A stretch of DNA of 56,663 nucleotides, filler included, from Platydemus manokwari (Eukaryota): assembly GCA_037951405.1 (NCBI GenBank). It is 3 parts of 3 records of this genome, joined end to end, with 100 filler letters (N's around TTAATTAATTAA, not from the genome) between each part and the next. Parts side by side here need not be neighbours in the genome. Positions count along the whole stretch, not along the records: positions 30,986 to 46,535 come from JBBMOY011275872.1; positions 46,636 to 56,663 come from JBBMOY011177655.1; 1 more part is not named here. One strand, written 5' to 3'. The translations under genes were made by a program, and so were the position numbers. Positions within the stretch are counted from its first letter, which is position 1. Each line of letters begins with the position of its first letter. Positions 37,300 to 50,270 of the stretch are shown here, piece by piece. The notes below the pieces were generated by a model that had not been told where the DNA came from, did not search any database, and saw only the letters and a list, made by a program, of their open reading frames with translations.

Positions 37300-39500
37300 A
37301 TAAGGGTATTATAGAAAATTCTAATTGTGAAGAGGAAATGTCTCCAAAACTAATACGATCGTATAAATCAAAGTATTCAGTGAAGAGAATCCCCCAAACA
37401 AATTTCGTATTTTGAGAAATTTTGAAAAATAAAGAAGACTCTATTTGAGTACACTAAGTATATGCAAAAAATACGAAGAGTATCAACAAGTGACTCAAAA
37501 GGATCATGATTCACTAACTACTTAAAATTCTCAAATACAAAAAGCTCAAGTGGAAGTTCATATTCATTTCTTTCACAATCAATAACCTTCATATTTCTCA
37601 GCTTATTAATAATAACAAAAATGTGACAAATCTACCGCTTATAGATAGAAATAGAATTAAAACTTGATAGTATTTTGAATCACTTTTCATATAACCTAAA
37701 AGATTCCAAATTTATGTGGAATGACAAAGAATCCAAATATTGTAACAATTAACACTCCAACTGCCTTCAAGGAATATTTCTTCGATAATTTTTAACCTAA
37801 CCAAAACATTAGGCTAGCCACACATCTCATACATAATGACACGCTGACTATTTGACTATAATCCCACATGACAAGAGTTAAAATGACAAAATATAGACTA
37901 TACCTCTATTTAGACACAGAACCTGCTAGATATGATATAATACAAGCAACAATAATAAATATAGAAGGGAAAATATATCATTTTATATTATTAAATCAAA
38001 ATAAAACACAAATCAATATGCTCTACTGATTCTACTGAGACACGTTTTGGAATCCAACTTTATGAGCACAATACAACAATTGCTAGAATGTGAATCAAAT
38101 AAGTTTTCTTTCCTATTCATTCCCAATGACCAAATAAATTAAAATGTGATGGACGAGAAAGTAGACCCATACAAGTCGCTTTACTTACCCGAATGGTGTA
38201 ACTAAAAAACGGATTACAAAATCATAGGTATTATTTAAAAATCATGATACCTTGTACGAACGACAAAATACGGAGGAATGCGTATACTTGCTTGGAATTA
38301 AATAACTTTGGTAAAGTTTCCACAACAGCAGTATTGGAAATGATAAATGGAGAGAAAGAATCAATCGCTTATCCGATTAGTAGAAGATTCAATGAAATCC
38401 TACAAAACCTTTTACAATTCAAACAAAAATCACATTAAAAATGTCTTATTTATTGCGGTAGACTATGTCGATACTTTGGATTACATTAATGCTAAAAATG
38501 TTAGAACAACTGTATCCTCAATATCTATTCTTAATAGAGACTCACAATAGCCGGTAAATTCACTGATAATATTATGAAATTATATCGATTATTGAAGAAG
38601 TGAAGTTCATAAGTTATACGAATCTAAACTCATCAATTAGTGAAAATAAGGTTTATCATATCAAAAAATGAAATTATATTGATTAAAGGCTCTTGTCTTA
38701 CTTATACTTATTATGTGGATATGGGATTTTTTGGCGTAAAAATTTTTAAAAAAGTATAAAATTAAATTCAAGAAACATTTTCAAAAATTGTTTCCAAAGC
38801 ATTATTTCAAAAAAATACACAAAATAGAGCAAATACAAGCTAGATAATCTCTTATAGACGAACAATATATCAGAATATAAATCAATTAATTTAGACGCTA
38901 ATATCATAGAATAAGATCTACAATACCAAAAAAGAGTATAACGAAAAATTTAAACCATTGGCATGTATACAATCGACTCACCAACCTTCAATCTCACAAA
39001 TAAGAGATACAACTGGTAACAGAGATATACCGAATTTACGTAGTAAAAAAGTACGCTGTCTACCGTAAAATTTCTTGCAAATGATTATTAACCAATTCAA
39101 TAGCCGGATCATCCTTAAATCTGATTTCTCAATTCAGCAGCCTCTCAGCGAATACTATTGAACATTTAAATACCAAATACAGATGCCGAATAACATAAAA
39201 TTATAAAACAAAATTATAATTTATTAACATAACTGTTTCCAAGCATATGCCTACCAAATTGGATTCAATTTCTATAATATTAAACGGACTAGTGGAGATA
39301 TAAGAAATATTCGAGATAAGGGCATGTTTGTGATGGAAAATTTTCATAAATACAATGTTAACTCTAAGGAATTATATTTCAGGATCCTGATCAGTTAATC
39401 CATTAACACGAAGAAACATTCAATAGGTATTTTATCTCCCCAATAGATAGAAAAGCAGTAACTTTCAAATTTTCAAAACATAGTCTTCAAGAAATTATAG
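37300..39500 (+). pseudogene. Decayed intronless ORF; candidate endogenous viral element (Bunyavirales-like L polymerase, N-terminal part through motif A)
   Basis: A-rich coding strand. TFNLTNK/DTTGNRDIPNL (about 38984-39038, one frameshift) resembles motif F (F.L..K.Q..G.R[ED]I). It is followed by SANTIEHLNTKY and TSGD...GMFVMENF (about 39288-39345, motif A-like). Confidence 0.45.
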
Positions 39501-39820
39501 TGTGTCATAAAAGTTGAGCGTATTGACATCGTTAATATGATATTAAGAGTGATTTCATCTTAGTTTTTCTAAGGCAAGCACATCGAACTAACTGATTTAT
39601 TTGAGTGTAACTGGTTACCTCTTCTATGATGTTAAATAAATACCGATAAACCAATGAAACTATATTTAATCAAACCGATATTTCAAACTTAAAAAACTGA
39701 ATTGAAAAATAACGATTTAATAACATATAATTACATCAATAATTATGTTAAGATAAATTCTCATTTATTCTACCATCACACAAAAGTTTAAATAATTCGT
39801 CGTTGATATAGAAAACGTGA

Positions 39821-40183
39821 TTATCCGTTATTCAATTGCAGAGTGTAATGACCACTCCAGATGCCCATATATTTCGCTATTGGTTCACAGCATGCTTGTA
39901 CTATTTGCCCATATAATATTCGATGTAATGAAAAATAGATTGCAGTGCAATTCAATATTGGTCCAAAACACCAGATATAACTAAAAGCCAAACATGCGAA
40001 ATGAAATCCCCAAAAAAAAGCTACAAATATTCCACAACACCCACTCAAAAATCTGTAACAGCAAAACAGTGAACATTCGTAAGCTCGATTCGAAGCTCTC
40101 CACAAACAATCACTTGAATGAACACCTTCTGGTTCAGCAAAACTGTCTTCAAAGCCCACCTAATTATTCATTATTATATCAAA

Positions 40184-40237
<54 letters not shown>

Positions 40238-40309
40238 TATTCTCACTGTTAGATATCGATTGATACCTTTTGGATCTCTGTTTTCATAATCAATCTCTTT
40301 TTTAAACAT
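39821..40309 (-). CDS. Caveolin, 133 aa; complement(join(39821-40159, 40247-40309))
   Basis: ENRDPKGINRYLT|VGFEDSFAEPEGVHSSDCLWRAS matches the caveolin RDP..IN and FEDxxAEPxG.HS.D.W signature; hydrophobic hairpin; 87-nt GT-AG intron in phase 0. Confidence 0.92.
40187..40233. repeat. (AAT)n microsatellite forming about half of the caveolin intron
   Basis: Direct reading of the sequence. Confidence 0.9.
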
Positions 40310-41229
40310 TATCAATATTTAATTTTCTTCTAAAAAGATTTGATTGGAATGAATTGAGTTTTAGAATGTTGATAATTAAATATCTACGTGTTGCTATGTT
40401 GAAATATTTTAATGAATTTTAAAGTGATTGTGGCAATCAATAGCATACAACATGTTTTCTTTTGGTGAAAAGTGAAATTTTATTATACTTGTGCGAAATA
40501 ATTATATGATAATGTTACACTCTGTGATTTGTTAACGTTTGCATTGATATAATTAATCACATAAAACGTAACATTTATTGCAACACTCACAACTAATCAT
40601 CATTTATTTTAATTGCTTTTATCTATCAAGAATCGAATAGTTTAATTTAGAAATAAAATGAAATTATAATAGTTTATTTTATTTAAAATTTCTACCCAGT
40701 TTGATCAATTATCTTTGGTTGAATGATGTAGTATCTGGAATTGATAATATCTACCAATGAACGCTATAAAAATTGTATTTTCACTTTATTGAAAACATTG
40801 TTCCAATAGCATGATCATTAATAGTTGTTGTTATGGCTGAATATGTAAAAGTTTAAATTATTGTATTTCTTACTTAACATTGCCAATAACAACTAAAAAA
40901 CAAAAAAAAATAAGGCACAGCCAAATATAAAAATAGAATAAATTTAGTTGATATAATAAAATTTTATACTCATTATAAGCATAATTTAAAATACGTGTAA
41001 AATTATTGATTGGCGACAAAAAGAATTCATTATATGAATGCTGGTAACAATTGCAGCATCCTCCCACAAAACCCCAAACCGAATAGTAAGAACACTACAA
41101 CTACAATGCCTACCTTGTTTTCTGTCATAATGATTAATAAAAAATATCCCAAATTACTCATTCTCCAAATCAATATAATAGTTTAGTTATTGTAACTTGA
41201 GTAATTCTTTGGCTCTATCGAGCGTTTAT

Positions 41230-41660
41230 TAGCAATTTTAATCGAATCCAATTCTGGGAAATGGCCATTCTGGTTGAATCCAAGACAAATTTTAGTCGTT
41301 ACTGTATCAAAACCGTTTATTAATTACGCTAACAATGTTTGCCAGCAAATAAAAGTTGATGGCTTTATGTGACATGTTGATATCGACAGTGGTACGAGTC
41401 TTAATAAAAAGATTCTCTTAGGTAAAAAAAAAAGCAGTATAATTGCATTTTAGCTAAACTTTTTGAGGTTTCTATTTGTTGAATTCGATTTCAGTTATTG
41501 GTCCAAATGAAATTGATAATGAGCAAGTTACTGTTCTCACCAGAGATGTCAAGATGCAAGGATCGTGGAAGATGATGAATTTATTAAACTTGTTCAAATC
41601 TTGGGATATCAACAGAATCCATCAAATTGAAGATTATTTCAATGTGTGATTTTAATAAAT
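41230..41660 (+). mobile_element. Highly degenerate Chapaev3/CMC-like transposase fragment
   Basis: WLNP...YC, DSL.GKKKA..L and LGYQQNPSN*RLF resemble the W.EP..H..DCYFC, RDL.LSK.KA and LG....P..WRLF motifs. Confidence 0.4.
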
Positions 41661-41964
41661 GATTTCTTGTCCGAAGAATGTCAATTCAGAAAAAGCAGAT
41701 ATTACCAAAAATAATGGTAAATAATTTGAAAAATATTTACAAGAGTAAAAAAATATTTAGCATATAAGCAAATGCTACAGGCAGCAAACAGCAGAAAAAT
41801 TCTAACATTTTCTATGAATGAAATTTTTATCAAAATTTATTAATTTTAAAATATTACACGAAATATATTTCATTGAAATAATTTGGTTTCATTATTTAAA
41901 CTTCAATACCTTAGATTTAAGTTATTTTTTCCCCTCGTTCTACTGAACTCTAATTTAAAGACTA

Positions 41965-42664
41965 TGTAAGCGGTACTGGACGTTACTTCTATTAATTTAT
42001 TTTCATTATTTAATTCAATAACTCTTTTGACAATGTTGGGTTATCACTCAACAATTTATATTTGAAAATTGTATTAACTGAAATATTACACTCAAAGTCT
42101 CGACATTAACAACTGCAAATCTTTTCACAATTCACAAAGTATCAGCGCCCGAAAGTCACAAACACAATGGAAAATAATCAAAAAGATTGATTACAAAAAA
42201 TCACACAAAGATAAACTTAGCACTCATGCTACCGACTAAAAATGACTGGCCAATATTCTTGGAACTCAGCCTCTTTTATAGGCCATCGGGTGTGTCTGCT
42301 TAATGTAAAGAATCTTAGTTTTCCATTTTCTGAATTTGTTCGTGGGTTGATCTATTGAAATTTTCCTCGCATCTCTCGAGCTATTAGTGGATATTTGAGC
42401 TAGCACCCATTTGTAGGTATGTGCCTGTCGATTCTTAGCTTCTAAATATGAATTAATATTAGAACGAATCTTATTGTTTAATGGCACATGTGTTTATCAG
42501 ATTTGTGTATATTGACCATTTTTAAGGGTTTCCTTGGTTTTTGTGACCATTTTGATTGATTTGCGATATATTCAAAAACAAAAATAAAGTTATGATAATC
42601 CTTATAGCCACTTAGCTATAATGATCACGCCAGATTTTTGTTTGAAAAATATATAAATATAACA
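41965..42664 (-). mobile_element. Candidate solo LTR (about 700 bp)
   Basis: Minus strand TGTTAT...CCGCTTACA termini, CCTATAAAAGAGG TATA box at about 42270-42282; flanks GACTA/AATTA only partly match. Confidence 0.45.
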
Positions 42665-43149
42665 AATTATGATTTTAACTACCATAAAATTGATACAAAA
42701 TATCCTAAAATAAGACTAAAATTACCCATTTAAAAATTTTCAGAGTTTGACTATACATACTACTTACAAAACAGTGAAAATTCAACACATTACTCATGTG
42801 ATTTCTAAAACATTTTTAATGTAATGATTTATTTTTATTTACTTAACACGACTAGAGTATCAATAAAATTATCGATGAAAGCATTTTTCATAAGCTCATA
42901 ATTGGAACTAGTTTGACGACTTCTATGTACACTGAAACTCTGGTATTACCATCTCTGCTTAATATTCATTTGCCAGTTAGTATGAATTACTTGTTATAGA
43001 TTTATTTTAAAATCATTTCATTTCATATCAATATTCTTTTAATTTTAAATTTCGATCTTTGAAATTTTTATAATATCACTGATAAAATCAAACATATATC
43101 ATTGACTAGATTGCTGGAATAAATAAAATCATCTATAAAAATACAGCTG

Positions 43150-43936
43150 AAGATAGAAACAATAATTTGTATGTCGATTAATTATGACTGATTTCGAGAA
43201 GCCACATCAGTTTTATATGAATTCAAGATGCCTCATGACTTATATTTCCGTTTACCATGGAATGTATTAATTAATTATATTTGATTGCATTTCTTGACAG
43301 TGATGAACATATTAAATGTTATCAATGGGAAATAGATAAAATACTGTTAACAATTATTTGAGCAAATTTTAAAAGAATATTTTAGAAAATGATTACAAAA
43401 AAGAATCTTTCGACTTGACTGCTGAAATTTCGAAGCTGATATTTATGTGTTACCAAATAAACAAATGATTTATTTCTATCAACATCGTTCAAGAATAATC
43501 AAATAGTTATTGGGAAAGTGACTCAAAAAGAATTATCTATGAAAATCCGAATATTATCTCTCAATGAAGTTTCGAATCTCATTACATAAACCCATTATTA
43601 GATAAATTACACTATGTAGATATTTTAGCATGGATTTCAAACGTGATCATTTATATGTTTAAAAGGTTACAATTAAAAAATGGGGTCTTGAAAAGATAAT
43701 TTAAATTGGTTGAGGGTATTGCAAAAATCTATGTAGTTTATTTAATTATATTCTTTAAAAATATTTTGAATCTTTTATTTAGGTACAAAAGAAGAGTTTT
43801 AATTGTTAGAAATCAAATATTAAATGCATTAGAGCCTGAAGATCTCCTAAATTTTGATTATTTGAAAAAAGGGATCAAAGTAGGTCGAATTGCAATCGAT
43901 GACCCCTTTTTTAACATTAGAAGTGTGGGGAACTAA
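43150..43936 (+). pseudogene. Decayed coding sequence of unknown family
   Basis: Long frames broken by a few stops (FREATSVLYEFKMPHDLYFRLPWN; LENDYKKESFDL...HYVDILAWISNVII) and an intact-looking last exon after TTTAG (YKRRVLIVRNQ...DDPFFNIRSVGN*). Confidence 0.35.
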
Positions 43937-44055
43937 CCAGGACATTTTGAACCAACCAAATAAACTAAAAAATAAAATTAAATATATATAAATTTTATTT
44001 TCAAATTATTATACCAGAAATCACAAATATTTATAAAATTTTTAAATTTCTTTTA

Positions 44056-44133
44056 CTGCACCAAAATTAATCGACATTAAGGTTATTGGGTAAAATCAAA
44101 TTAAAATCTAAAAATAGATTAATTTTGGTGCAG
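44056..44133. mobile_element. Tiny MITE (78 bp) with perfect 17-bp TIRs and TA flanks (Tc1/mariner-like)
   Basis: TA|CTGCACCAAAATTAATC ... GATTAATTTTGGTGCAG|TA. Confidence 0.8.
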
Positions 44134-44175
44134 TACATATGCTAAATTTAGCAACATATGATACCAAGCATAGAA

Positions 44176-44911
44176 TGTTACCAAAAATAGCAACAAGATG
44201 TATGATTCACAATAAGATACCAAATAGTATATATACTGGCCTAAACAGACAGCACTCGCACTTCGGTTCATTACAGCTACAGATTGTATGAACATTTGAA
44301 GTCGCAGAATTTAAAGAGGCTTATTATTGATTGTATAAAAATTTTTATCCTCATTTGAAGAATTTTATTTTATGATGCATTCAACAAGTATATTTTTTCG
44401 CTATTTTATTAATTACCGATCCACGGCTAGTCTTAACCTTGAGGTCTTTTAAAATCATCTAGGTTCTCACTTAAAAAGTTCCCAACTTTCAATATTTGTC
44501 ACGAGAAGCTTACCCGAGCACCTAAGCGGTACGCCCTTCACTTTTTACTTGACTACACATCTCTTTCCTCTCACAATAACGAATACCGTCTTGAGTTATT
44601 TAAATTTATTGTAATAAAATTATCAGTTGTAGATCAATAAATTTTAGTTTGTTTTGTTTTTTTCATTCTATTTTATTTATTTATCATTTGTATTTTAGAT
44701 ACTATTTTTATTATAATCACCCGAGTGTTTTAAGCGACAACAACCTCTTTTCTGTTTGGAGTCCAGATAAGTTGAAGATCTTGGGCAACTATTATTAATT
44801 CTATTTAAATCCTTCTGATCAAATTTTGTGAATTATTACATCGAGCTACAAATTGTACATTTGTAATTTGAACTTATTATTACTATATCGACAACCCGAC
44901 AATCTTTAACA
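44176..44911 (+). mobile_element. Candidate solo LTR (about 736 bp)
   Basis: TGTTA...TAACA inverted termini, GTATAAAA at about 44333, AATAAA at about 44613 and 44636; GAA on both flanks. Confidence 0.45.
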
Positions 44912-45445
44912 GAAGCAAATTCAGAGATATTCTCAAATTTTACAATTATTTTATAAAAATAAGCTGTGACATTATTAAAAATGTCTGCAGTTAACTAACT
45001 CGACTTATAATTAAATTATAAAACTCAAATTAGCATGGAGAAGTTTTGTGATTAGAATAGGAACTTGGTTTCAAATTAATTTTAGACATCCTAACAAGTG
45101 AGATATTAACTGAATTATACGAATAGCTCAAACATCGCAATTATATAAATAATTAAGTTATAAAATCATCTCATGCGCGAAAATTAATTATTACGAAAGT
45201 AGGTCAAAGGCCCAGTAATGTACTGATTTAGGATCATGGAAATATAAAAATATTGTTGCTATTGACAACGAATGAATGTCTCATAAAATTCAACACGATA
45301 AATAATATTATTATTTTCAAACTAAACTAGCACATCATTATATGAAAACCGCAAATCTAAATTTTGATTATTTTGCACTTAGAGCTGAAATAAAAATGAA
45401 TATTTTATCATCGATAATTTTCATTTGTATTTTTTATCGAACCTT

Positions 45446-46338
45446 TCAATTATCGCCTTTATTCACTGACGAAAATTGGTTTTCCATGGTTTGCCATGAA
45501 TATCTAAACAGACATTTCACATATTGGGGAAAAATCAATCCCGCTGCTGTTCCCGATCCGATGAGCATATAGGCAAACTTCTTGAAAGGACCACCTTTGA
45601 AACAGTTATAAATAATCAATCAATCATCATCTGAAGCACTTCATTATCAATCACCTTTATATCCTAAGACAATTCCACCCAAACCACTGACTCCGATCAC
45701 TCCAGTTTTTAATACAATATTCGGATCAGATTCAATCGTTTTAAAAAATCCTAAAAGTACGAAATATTTTTCAAAGTCAAACGAAAGTTGATATTAAATC
45801 ATTTAGAGCTCATTAATTTTAGTTAAAAAAATATTTTTAAAAAATTAATTTTCAAAAAAATTCCAAAAATTTAAAAAGTCCAAAATATGCTATTCTTGCT
45901 TACCAGTGACTCTTTCTGATCCTTGATTATAATATTCCTCTGCTTTAGTGACTTTTCTCTAAAATGAAATAATCGATTAATTTGCAATTCTGATATGCAA
46001 TATAAATTCAAAAAAACTGAAACAGCCAAATACCTGTTTTGCTTCAAAATTAGCCTTATAAAAATAAAATTAGAATTCATATGTAATAAACTATAAATAT
46101 TTATGAAATTTATACAATTATAAAATGAATATAATTTATTTACACTCAATTTACGAAATGAACTTTGAATAGATTTCCGATACGGACTTATTAAACATTG
46201 TAAATAAGTTTTCTTGTTTGGAACTAATTCATATTGATATTTTGGATCAGGAAATTCAGAATATAGTGGGAGCTAAGATGGAACAGTAGATTAAGAAATA
46301 TAAATTGAAAATGTTACATCTTTAGCAGCAAATTTCAT
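45446..46338 (-). CDS. APOO: MICOS complex subunit MIC26/MIC27 (apolipoprotein O family), about 149 aa; complement(join(45446-45594, 45655-45750, 45904-45958, 46144-46272, 46318-46338))
   Basis: Spliced translation MKFAAKDLPLYSE...GVIGVSGLGGIVLGYKGGPFKKFAYMLIGSGTAAGLIFPQY matches the ApoO motifs (LPxY; G.IG..GL.G..L; KK..Y; A...YP). All introns are GT-AG and in phase. Missed by the ORF track. Confidence 0.88.
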
Positions 46339-46535
46339 ATCGAATAAATTTGAATTAACGAAAATTTTTAAAAATTGTAAAAGTTGATAAATATATTTAA
46401 ACAAAAATAAGCTAACTGGGCTATGTTATACTCTGAGGGCACCAACAAACTAGTAACTAGTAAATAAAGGAATTCCAAGCGAATTGCAAAATTTATATAG
46501 TATAATTAAAGTTTGACGCTGAAAAAAATATAGAA

Positions 46536-46635
46536 NNNNNNNNNNNNNNNNNNNNNNNNNNNNNNNNNNNNNNNNNNNNTTAATTAATTAANNNNNNNNN
46601 NNNNNNNNNNNNNNNNNNNNNNNNNNNNNNNNNNN
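46536..46635. other. Artificial scaffold join (44 N + TTAATTAATTAA + 44 N)
   Basis: Same linker as 30886-30985. Confidence 0.97.
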
Positions 46636-49600
46636 TATGCAAAATAAATCTTGAAAGTTCCTGGTTTCTAATTATGAGTCTGTTATTAATTAAGATTCAT
46701 ATAGCATAAATGATTCAGCCCTATTAATTTTAACCAAAATAAAATTAAAGGACCGAAGTTTTAAACTGTGTAATTATAATAAGCTGATTTTAAGGCAGGT
46801 AACTCTTAATTTAATCCGAACTCAATTTAAAATGCATAAATATTCCCTATATTAAATTGAATATGAATTTATAAATTAATTAGTTGCTTGATATGATTAA
46901 ATAACTCAGGAAATAAATCAAAAAATTTTATTGGTAGTGTTGATATTGACGATTATTCATGGACTCTGTTTTATGCCTTTGGTTTCGTAATGCTGAAGTT
47001 TGTTAGAGTTATACTAGTTGTGTCTTATAATTAATCGCAATTAATAAAATATATCAAAGTGATGATATTTAGATTAATTCTTTAACTAAAATTACTTTTA
47101 ATCAATTATTCTAATTTTACAACCCAACACGGTTGAGCTCATGTTGATCTATTTATTTATTCTACACCCGGTTTTAAAACGTGTATGTAGTTAAAATTAT
47201 AAACAAGATTACTAGAGTAAATAAATAACAATAAAATAAATAAGATTATAATATACATATCAGATTATACAATTCAAAATAATAGTAATATCACAACTTT
47301 GATAATTTAGAAAAATAACCAGAATATTAGAGAGATTTTATTATATGTTTGTGACAGTTTTTTATTAGACTCTATTAAAATAGATTTTGTAGTTTAGATT
47401 TTGTAGGTAAGAATCCTCAGAAAAATTTTATCGGTGGCTAGGCCTAATAGGGCCGTAACTACTAAATTTGTTTTATAAATGAATTTTGGATTTTAGTTTC
47501 TAGTTGAACTGGGTTTAATCTAAATTGCGCATGCTCCCGGAGATAGTTTATTCTATTATTATATAATTAAAATAATTTATTAATATGGAAGAAAGTGAAT
47601 AATATAGACCTTGACAAAGCTATTACTTTTTAAAAAGCTTCACAATATACGTGTTACAGAATGAAATCAAGCCCAATCTGAATCTCAACAACATCATCTT
47701 TATAATCTTTGTCTTCAGTATATCAGAAGATCAAATCCCAATTGTCTCAATCAACCTCCTCTTATCAAAGCCTACAATCCAAATGAAATGTCGACATGGC
47801 TGAGTGACAAATTTTAGACTATATTTTAGTTTTTGTGATTATTTGACTATATTTTATCTTTTGTGATTAATCGGACTCTTTTAATCTTGAATGATTTTGA
47901 TTTGTTTATGTGTAAACAAATTTTGAAAATTGTATATAAAAAACAATAACAAATATTAAAAACTATATGTTGTATATAAAAATAATTGTATTTTCAAAAA
48001 AACCACAATAATTATATTTTCAAATAATATGTAAAAAATTATTATGAGGAACAAGAATAATAATAAAATCGTGAATTAAAATGGAAATAATTTTAGAACA
48101 AGATAATAAATAGGAAATAATTTCCATAAATAATAATAATATAAATTATAATTGTGGGCCAACATTAATTAATTAAAATATGGGCGTATTTGTGGTCGAA
48201 AATTGGAACTTAAAATGTAAGAGAAAATGAAAAATATTATGAATAATACGGGTGAAAAATAAATTAAAATTATTAATCTAGGCCAATTTGTAAAATAATT
48301 TCAATATCCAATAGGGAAAAAGAATAATAATCAAAAACGATTATTCAGAATCCGTTTTAGAAAATACTATATAAGGAATGCGAAAATTACAAATGATCTC
48401 TTTGATAAGTCAAAAGCTTCGAAGAATGTTTGAGTTCGATTTCTTGTCAGAAATGGTCCATATCGGTGCCGAATATACGATATATTTGGTTTGAATTAGC
48501 TTTGATTCCTTTTGAGGCAAGTTTGAGCGGAAGATCGAAATATATAATATATATTTGGTCTGAGTTCTGTTTTGTGTTCTTCGCAGGAAATGGAAAACAG
48601 AAATATTATATATTTGGCTTGAGATGGATAGTAGAGGTTCAGGTAATAAGTTCTTATTTCCTTTTAACCGATTCGAATAGCAATCCAATATTTACTGTTC
48701 TGTTTCTGTTTTTTGTTGAATTTATTGATTGAAGTAATATGATTTATTAATCTTGTTGTCAAGATTCAATGATTGATGCAAGAATCGATTTGCTGTTAAT
48801 TCTACTTGAGCTCAATTCAAATGATTTATTACGTTTTTTCTGGTGAACTTAATAAATAAGTTGCCTCTATATCAATAATTTCTGATTTTTTATTATAGAT
48901 TTTTAATTTTGATTATTTTGATTATTTTAAGGTTTCATTATTGTTATTTTTATCTTTTTTTATTATTTAGTAATTATTTTTAGTATTTTTATTATTTTTT
49001 TCCTAATTTAAGGGTTAATTTTAATCTATTTCAGATTATTATTATATTTTGTCTATTAGTTAAGCTATTAATTTAACTTTTATTTATTATATTATATTAA
49101 TTATGATTATTTCTTATTTACAAGGTTATATCCAACAGTGTTTTGTTCTCTATTTAATGAAATATTTAATTACAAATAGAGATTTGTTCCACCAATAATC
49201 GAATTACTTTCAAAATGTATATTGCGAGTAAAAATCAATAAAAGTAAAAAACAAACAGCCTTTATTAATACAATAATAATTAATTGTAGATATAGTGACA
49301 AATTTATTAAACAGCAATACAAAATGAATTCAAATGATACGTTATTGGTTTTTATGTGGATGCTGATATGCCCTGAAGAATAACATACAGTGCTAATGGC
49401 CAGTTCAAGAAAAGAACGGTGATTTATTTATCGACGGATATAGATAAATTACTTCTGCAAGCTTCTAGACAGATTTTGAAATTACAGGTGATGATGTGTT
49501 GGCGTGTAATTTCAAACAATTATATAATGGAATCAATCAAAGGACAATACAATTTTCTTTAATTATTCTTATTATGTGTATAGCAGTAGAATTTTTGTAG

Positions 49601-49899
49601 AAAAATGTATTGATGTAAAAGTATCTTTTTATTGAAATGATTTTATGTATAAAAGTATTTTATGAATTAATATTAACATACAATTGTAAAAAATGAGTGT
49701 AATATTTTCATTAACATCTTTTATTAATAAAGAAATGATTGTAACAATTCCAGAAGGGATATTTCGGTGCATTAAAAATTAAACTCATTAAAATAAAACC
49801 CACTAGTGAAATAAATTCCTAATGAAACATTAGTAGTCATAGAAAAATTCAAAATTAATAAAGTGAATTTTAATGAATTCTTGTGTCAGCCGAAATTCC

Positions 49900-50270
49900 C
49901 GGAAAATAAATGAATTTTTTTGACATTAAAAATAAGCAGTTCAATTAAACATTCTATCACAATCTCGAGGGGATTTTAAAAAATAATCCAGAAGAATTTT
50001 TCCATCGTAATGATTCACTAAGTCAATCAGTATATACTCTTTTGATGGGAGTCGTAGTGGCCATTCAACAGAAAACTTTTCAGAAGATAGAAGACAATTC
50101 AATACAAAATCTATTCCATGCAATTCATCAAGAATTTCTTTATGTATAAGAGTCAATTCCTTTCAAATACATTCATATTTATTTCACCACCGATCAGCCC
50201 CAATAATACGAAAGGTCTATTGCGTCAGGAATCTTTTTCTGGAATTGATAAGATCAAATTCAAACATTAT
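49900..50270 (-). pseudogene. Decayed ORF of unknown family
   Basis: One frame MFEFDLINSRKRFLTQ*TFRIIGADRW*NKYECI*KELTLIHKEILDELHG...EWPLRLPSKEY...PRDCDRMFN* read through three stops. Confidence 0.4.
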
